64,000 nt of DNA from positions 61,585,193-61,649,192 of the forward strand of contig NC_068993.1 of NCBI RefSeq assembly GCF_001194135.2, in the 5' to 3' direction. Source of the DNA: Octopus bimaculoides (Eukaryota). Shown one piece after another: positions 61,111 through 64,000 of the stretch. The notes beneath the pieces are model-generated. The model did no database searches, was not told the origin of the DNA, and saw only the letters and a list, made by a program, of their open reading frames with translations. The position numbers were made by a program, and so were the translations under genes. How positions within the stretch are numbered: the first letter of the stretch is position 1; every line of letters begins with the position of its first letter.

Positions 61111-62614
61111 ATTTTATTAGTGTCGTACAATGCACGTTTCGACGCTTATAAACCGCAAATGTTAGTTTGTGTGTGTGTATATATATATCCGGGATGACAT
61201 TTACGACACTGTTACTAAACGCCTCATTTGATTTAAATGAGTCCAACGCAGGTAGCTGTTGCATATACATTCATCTGGTTAGTAGTCTATGCAACTTTAT
61301 TCGTGGTTTGAAGCAAAGTAAGGCTTGTAAGTTTAGCTAGCTTTAAGTTTGTTGGAGGACTATAGTTTTTGAGAGCAAAGCATGCGAAAGAAACATTTTG
61401 AAACAAAATATGACTAAAAACTGTTATAACCTTTGTCCGTGTCAACAGCTGTAAAGTAACAATACTCACTTCTTCGATCTGATCCACTGTCGAGGTTTAA
61501 GATGATGGCTCACACTTAGTTGGGATATGTTCCCAACTAAGTGTGAGCCTCTGCTCTCCGTTAAGTTTTACATTATTATTGACGCAGAGATTTTGCGTAC
61601 TCTTGCCTCTGATCGTGTACCTGGTTATGTGTACGCAGAACGGCATGGCTCTATTGAATTTACGCCACTCTATCGCCAAAATAATTCTGTAAGCTATGTT
61701 ACCATCTTAAAAATCTCACGCTTCTTGTATTTTTTGCGTACATACTTCTAAAAACATCTGTAAAATGTTCATTCTCGATATCAAAACACGACGCCACATG
61801 CAAGACATTCTCTAAGATTTTAAACCTTCACAGAATCTTAAATCTTACTCTACAAGAATCTTTGTGAATGCAACAGTGATTTCTGTAGCCAAAAGGCGTG
61901 TGGTTCGCAATTTGTCAACTGCCGTGCGTAATATTACATTATGTCCAACGCCAAGAACACCTATGTGTCCAGGCGACCTACAAGAAATAGCAGCCATGTT
62001 TCCCTCTTGTTTTACTCTTCTATCTCAGCAAAAAGGACAAGAAAATATTGGATAATGTTCTTCAGGATTACCTACACTCAAATGAAGAAATGATTGCCGG
62101 TTGTTATATCTTCGGTTATACCCTCATCACCACCCTCACCATCACCCTCACTACCACCACCACCACCGACGACGACAACAACAATAACAACAACAACAAC
62201 ACTAGTAAACAATCACCTTCGTTACCATGTAACTAACGACTGACAGAGAGTCAAATATTTCGAAGATATACTCAACTATGAAGCACACAGGTAATTTATG
62301 ACACTGAAAATATTTGAGAACATAAATCAAATCGAGTTCTTATATTCCACTGTCTTGGCGCCCGTTCCATTCGAAAGGATTCTGTTACAGAACTTAATCG
62401 CTTCCCAATGTTGCCAGTCAGCTCGTCGTATATTTATTCCTTTATTGAAAGTCTGAGATTTGTACATTTGTAATAATAAAAAATAAATGTAATGAATAAT
62501 TAGCAAATATCTAAACTAAAGCAATATATTGACGTAAATGTGATATTAAATGTTTCGACATTTCACGTTTGTTTACATTAAACTTGAAAATGCCGCAAAA
62601 GATTTTCTACAAAT

Positions 62615-63788
62615 CTACAAATTATCCATATCTTCAAGTGTTTGAAGTAAACAAGCATCCTTCGTTTCAGGAAGTAAAAGGACCAGCAAACCAGCAACAA
62701 TTCCAAAGACTCCATAGATGCTTAGCGGTATCCAAGAACCGTATATAGCAAGCCCAAGCATCGGTGCTGAAATGATACCACCAACTCGAGCAAATGATGA
62801 AGCTGCTCCAATGCCACCGTTTCTGAAATATAAAAGAAAGTAAATACATTTTACTTGAATATAGAGATATGCATCTATATATCACACTGGTGAATAAATA
62901 TGAGGATATATCCACAGCAATAAAGAGCTCAATTAATAACGAATCGTTGAAGTCCAACACAATTATAATGTCATAAATCTTGATGGAACGACGTTGTATG
63001 TATATGGTAATCAGCTAAAATTATTTTTGAGAGAAGCCATCTTAAAATATAAAACAGATGAGTACAAACTCTCTATATCGTCCAAATACATCTATTTCAA
63101 TCACATAAAATATTGTTACTTCTACATATGCGTTATTAAAATATATGATCACACTTAACTGTGATTTAACTATTATCTTCCGGTGAAACAAAAATGGTGA
63201 TATGGCGATCAGGAAATGTTTCCTGATTCAGATACCAACGCGACAGAAAAAAAACGATTGTAAGGTCGTGAGTTCAATTCCCGGCGAGGCGTTGTGTCCT
63301 TAAGCAAGACACTTTATTTCACGTTGCTCCAGTTCACTCAGCTGGCAAAAATGAGCAGTACCTGTATTTCAAAGGGCCGGCCTTGTCACACTCTGTGTCA
63401 CGCTGAATATCCCTGAGAACTACGTTAAGGGTACACGTGTCTGTGGAGTGCTCAGCCACTTGCACATTAATTTCACGAGCAGGCTGTTCCGTTGATCGTA
63501 TCAGCTGGGACCTTCGTCGTCGTAACCGACGGAGTGCTCCTGCTCTGGGAGGTGCAATGGCCCAGTGGTTAGGACAGTGGGCTCACGGTAATAGGATCGC
63601 GGTTTCGATTCCCAAACCGGGCGTTGTGGGTGTCTGTTGAGAGAAAGTCCTTCTACAAACTATCAGATATTATACCTACCGTACTGCTGTTGGAAATATT
63701 TCTGCTGATGTCAGATAAACACCATCAAATGATGCCGTTGCGCCTAACTTCCCAAGGACAGCTAATATCAGTGGAAACCAAAAGTTTC
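62615..63788 (-). CDS. SLC22/Orct-family transporter, paralog E, last two coding exons (gene continues beyond window end)
   Basis: Exon 63788-63680 (109 nt, NFWFPLILAVLGKLGATASFDGVYLTSAEIFPTAVR) and exon 62822-62615 (208 nt, NGGIGAASSFARVGG...LPETKDACLLQTLEDMDNL*). Same sizes and phases as exons 8-9 of A-D. Confidence 0.88.
63257..63645 (+). mobile_element. SINE family 3 followed by a second tRNA-like SINE head (gene E intron)
   Basis: gagttcaattcccggc..gtccttaagcaagacactt core, then ggaggtgcaatggcccagtggttagg...ggtttcgattccc. Confidence 0.8.
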
Positions 63789-64000
63789 CTGAAAAGAAAA
63801 ATGTATAGTGTGAAAATAAGAACGCTTAATTTTTGTATTATAACTTTTGCATGTCACATTCCTCTGCAACGTAAACTGTTCAATAAACGGAGGAGGCGAA
63901 TTAGCTTGAAGACTAGTAGAAACAATGTATATGCACTAAAACAGTAAACAATCAAACAGAGAATTATATAATGATATTAGCCAATGACATTCATTCGTAT

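Noticed and set aside
61560-62110. Possible piggyBac transposase relic (RVVRNL...RNIT; ISRFLYFLR)
   Set aside because: Only weak motif resemblance; no TTAA-bounded termini or catalytic motifs found.

Overview
AT-rich animal genomic DNA with (TA)n/(CA)n microsatellites, N-gaps and tRNA-derived SINEs. The repeat landscape looks like an octopus genome (inference, not verified). The main content is a tandem cluster of five SLC22/Orct-family MFS transporter paralogs, reconstructed here exon by exon. A (+, 3065-11708, 561 aa) and B (+, 13742-22586, 552 aa) face C (-, 35533-26907, about 562 aa), D (-, 58886-42860, 553 aa) and E (-, only the last two exons inside the window). The four complete genes each have 9 coding exons with GT-AG introns, matching phases and open frames. 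They differ at charged transmembrane positions and show signs of gene conversion. Introns and spacers hold SINEs, mariner/Tc1/Tigger/Chapaev-like DNA transposon relics, RTE and R4/Dong-like LINE fragments and Penelope-like (GIY-YIG) fragments. There are also several minimal type I hammerhead-ribozyme motifs with palindromic stem III, one showing a U3-A8 covariation, and several fold-back hairpin elements. All alignments and counts were done by eye; repeat boundaries are approximate.
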